This document shows, piece by piece, positions 62,308 through 64,000 of a stretch of DNA of 64,000 nt. The DNA is from Haliotis cracherodii. Taxonomy: Eukaryota. The DNA is taken from positions 4,953,848-5,017,847 of the forward strand of contig NW_027266266.1 of NCBI RefSeq assembly GCF_022045235.1. Reading direction: 5' to 3'. The position numbers were made by a program, and so were the translations under genes. Every line of letters starts with the position of its first letter. Within the stretch, counting starts at the first letter, position 1. The notes beneath the pieces were generated by a model. The model was not told where the DNA came from. It did not search any database and saw only the letters and a program-made list of their open reading frames with translations.

Positions 62308-62729
62308 CTGCAAACACATCAAATTCCCGAGTCAGTGATTAACAATGGTCCAGCAACATCAGAGGGCCAAGACAAAAGTGAGTTATCCGCCCATGAGTGG
62401 AGGTCCTATTTCATTCCCCAAACTGGTAGTACATTCTTCACTGATACCTACCAAAGACCGTCTTTCTCGATGATTTGTCTGAATCTCCATAAATGCAGTT
62501 TACTGGCATTCAAAATGACACTTCCAGCCATATCTCGCTGTAAATTGTGAACCAGACCATACTTTCTAAAGACTTCTAAATTGCATCCTCAAATGTAAGA
62601 ACATATGAACTTTACAATCATTAGTAATTTTAAACTGTTTCCCAGTTTGCCTATCATGGGCGCTTAGCTTAAGATCCTAGATAAATCTCTGAGACACACA
62701 CCAGAGACCCTTCAGGTTGTAAACGTCAC

Positions 62730-62816
62730 CTTCTCCAAGCCACCAAGTATGGAGTCCCTCTCGGCCGCCGTCACAATGCCCACCTTCTCCAGGGCCTTCA
62801 CATACGCCTGACTTCC
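62730..62816 (-). CDS. ASL: ASL exon: GSQAYVKALEKVGIVTAAERDSILGGLEK
   Basis: matches human [29 protein letters not shown]; acceptor ttgtttcag|, donor |gtgacg; the exons for the first 50 or so residues were not found and are probably beyond 64000. Confidence 0.85.
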
Positions 62817-62847
62817 CTGAAACAATGTCAGCAGATGGAAAGACCCG

Positions 62848-62995
62848 AATCACAGTTTCCAGTCCCGTTATGGGATTCGAACCACCTTCTGATCCGAGGT
62901 TGGTCAACATGAACAAAGAAGTTAATCCTGTTAGCAAGCTGACATAGTAGAGATGTCATCTGTGGGACTTATTTTGCTCATTTAATATGGTCGTT
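62848..62995 (-). mobile_element. SINE family D, degenerate copy directly upstream (transcript sense) of the 62816 exon
   Basis: cagtcccgttatgggattcgaaccacc..ctgatccgaggt..gttaatcctgttagcaagctgaca. Confidence 0.55.
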
Positions 62996-63012
62996 CCCAT
63001 GCTAGACAACAT

Positions 63013-63220
63013 GTTTGTTTGTTGTTGGTTAACGCCAAACTCAGAAATATTCCAGTTATATGACGGCGATCTGTAAAAAATCAAGTCTGGACCAGAAAAT
63101 CCAGTGATTGACATCATGAGCATTGATCCACGCAATTGGGATACAATGACATGCATCAACCAAGTCAGCGAGCCTGACCACCCGATCCTGTTAGTCACCT
63201 ATTACGGCAAGCATGACACA
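63013..63220 (-). mobile_element. SINE family A copy
   Basis: family A similarity. Confidence 0.7.
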
Positions 63221-63227
63221 ACAGAGT

Positions 63228-63790
63228 AACATATCAAACTATACTCACCACCAAAAGAAACGCAAAAAAACATATACAGTAAACTACGGTTATAACGAAC
63301 TCAAAGGGACTACTAATTTTAGTTCGTTATAACTGCAGTTCGTTATAAGCATATACAGCATAACTACAGCAAATGGACGGGACCAAGAAACAGTTTGTTA
63401 TATCCATCAGTTGGTTATAAGCGTGTTCGATATAAATGTAGTTTACTGTATGTCGGTTAATATATGAAGAATTACTCATATTCAAGAGACATTAGATTGG
63501 TTTCAAGTACAAACGAACATACTGGTTTGTTGTGTGAACAGACACTCATAAACACATCACATGTGACGTCATAGATCAATGAATGCACCTTTTGTCTCGT
63601 GCAGGATTAGGGTGTCAAGTTGGGAAATCACGTGCAACATATTATGAAAAGTAAAAAGACACTCTGCGGTAACACTTGACTGCTTGTTAGTTTTGTCATT
63701 AATTGATACACATTGGAAACATCTCTTCTTAACAAACATACTTCTCTATATGTTTCTATGGTTCGCGTTTCTTTTGCAGTGAGTATAGTT
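63228..63790. mobile_element. MITE family 3, about 560 bp with TIRs of about 40 bp (actcaccaccaaaagaaacgcaaaaaaacatatacag ... ctatatgtttctatggttcgcgtttcttttgcagtgagt)
   Basis: terminal inverted repeat read directly; partial copy at 49487-49845. Confidence 0.65.
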
Positions 63791-64000
63791 CTGATCGAAA
63801 CATACTGTGACTAGTGTATTCAATATTTGTTGAACCAAGGAACCACCCTAGCATGTCTAGGTGCATGTGTAGTTTAACATGAACATTTTTTCACTTACAG
63901 CAAATTTGTTGTGGTTGTTTCTTATAATTGGTTTTCCTTGGACACAAAATGTAAACAAAACTATTTTATAAAAGCAACATCTTAAACAAACAGTTTCAGA

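Noticed and set aside
62817-64000. Search for the 5' ASL exons encoding ..KLWGGRF...DIxGS
   Set aside because: No convincing match was found by eye in 62817-64000, which is mostly SINE-D, SINE-A and MITE-3 sequence. The 5' exons are probably beyond the window, so the gene is reported as 5'-incomplete.

Overview
This window is eukaryotic nuclear DNA, almost certainly from a metazoan and probably an invertebrate. It has spliceosomal GT-AG introns, Tc1 and LINE remnants, and many tRNA-derived SINEs and MITEs, so operons, CRISPR and phage features do not apply. There are two clear genes, both on the minus strand. The first is an argininosuccinate lyase (ASL) orthologue: I reconstructed 14 exons between 46960 and 62816 whose translation matches ASL from about residue 50 to the C-terminus. 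The extreme 5' exons were not found in 62817-64000 and are probably outside the window. The second is a BTB/T1-domain protein of the TNFAIP1/KCTD10/KCTD13 type, in a 741-nt exon at 35774-36514 plus a possible ATG-containing first exon at 37673-37858. A third minus-strand candidate gene consists of three phase-0 exons (17582-20409) encoding a hydrophobic N-terminus, an 'ATQGTSQAPP' repeat, a coiled-coil block and a poly-Q block; it has no recognisable homology. The rest is repeat. There are at least four tRNA-derived SINE families (called A to D here) with visible target-site duplications, and three of them share a roughly 45-bp 3' module with the 3' tail of an endonuclease/RT/RNase H LINE at 38846-42544. 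There is a frameshifted Tc1 transposase (28987-29909), three MITE families with long TIRs, a local segmental duplication at about 10.0-15.3 kb, and many minisatellite and satellite arrays. The most unusual pattern is that four different ASL introns carry tandem arrays that start exactly at a splice junction. Two of these arrays copy exon sequence plus the splice site in every unit. Similar arrays abut the Tc1 and KCTD stop codons. All coordinates were worked out by hand and may be off by a few bases.
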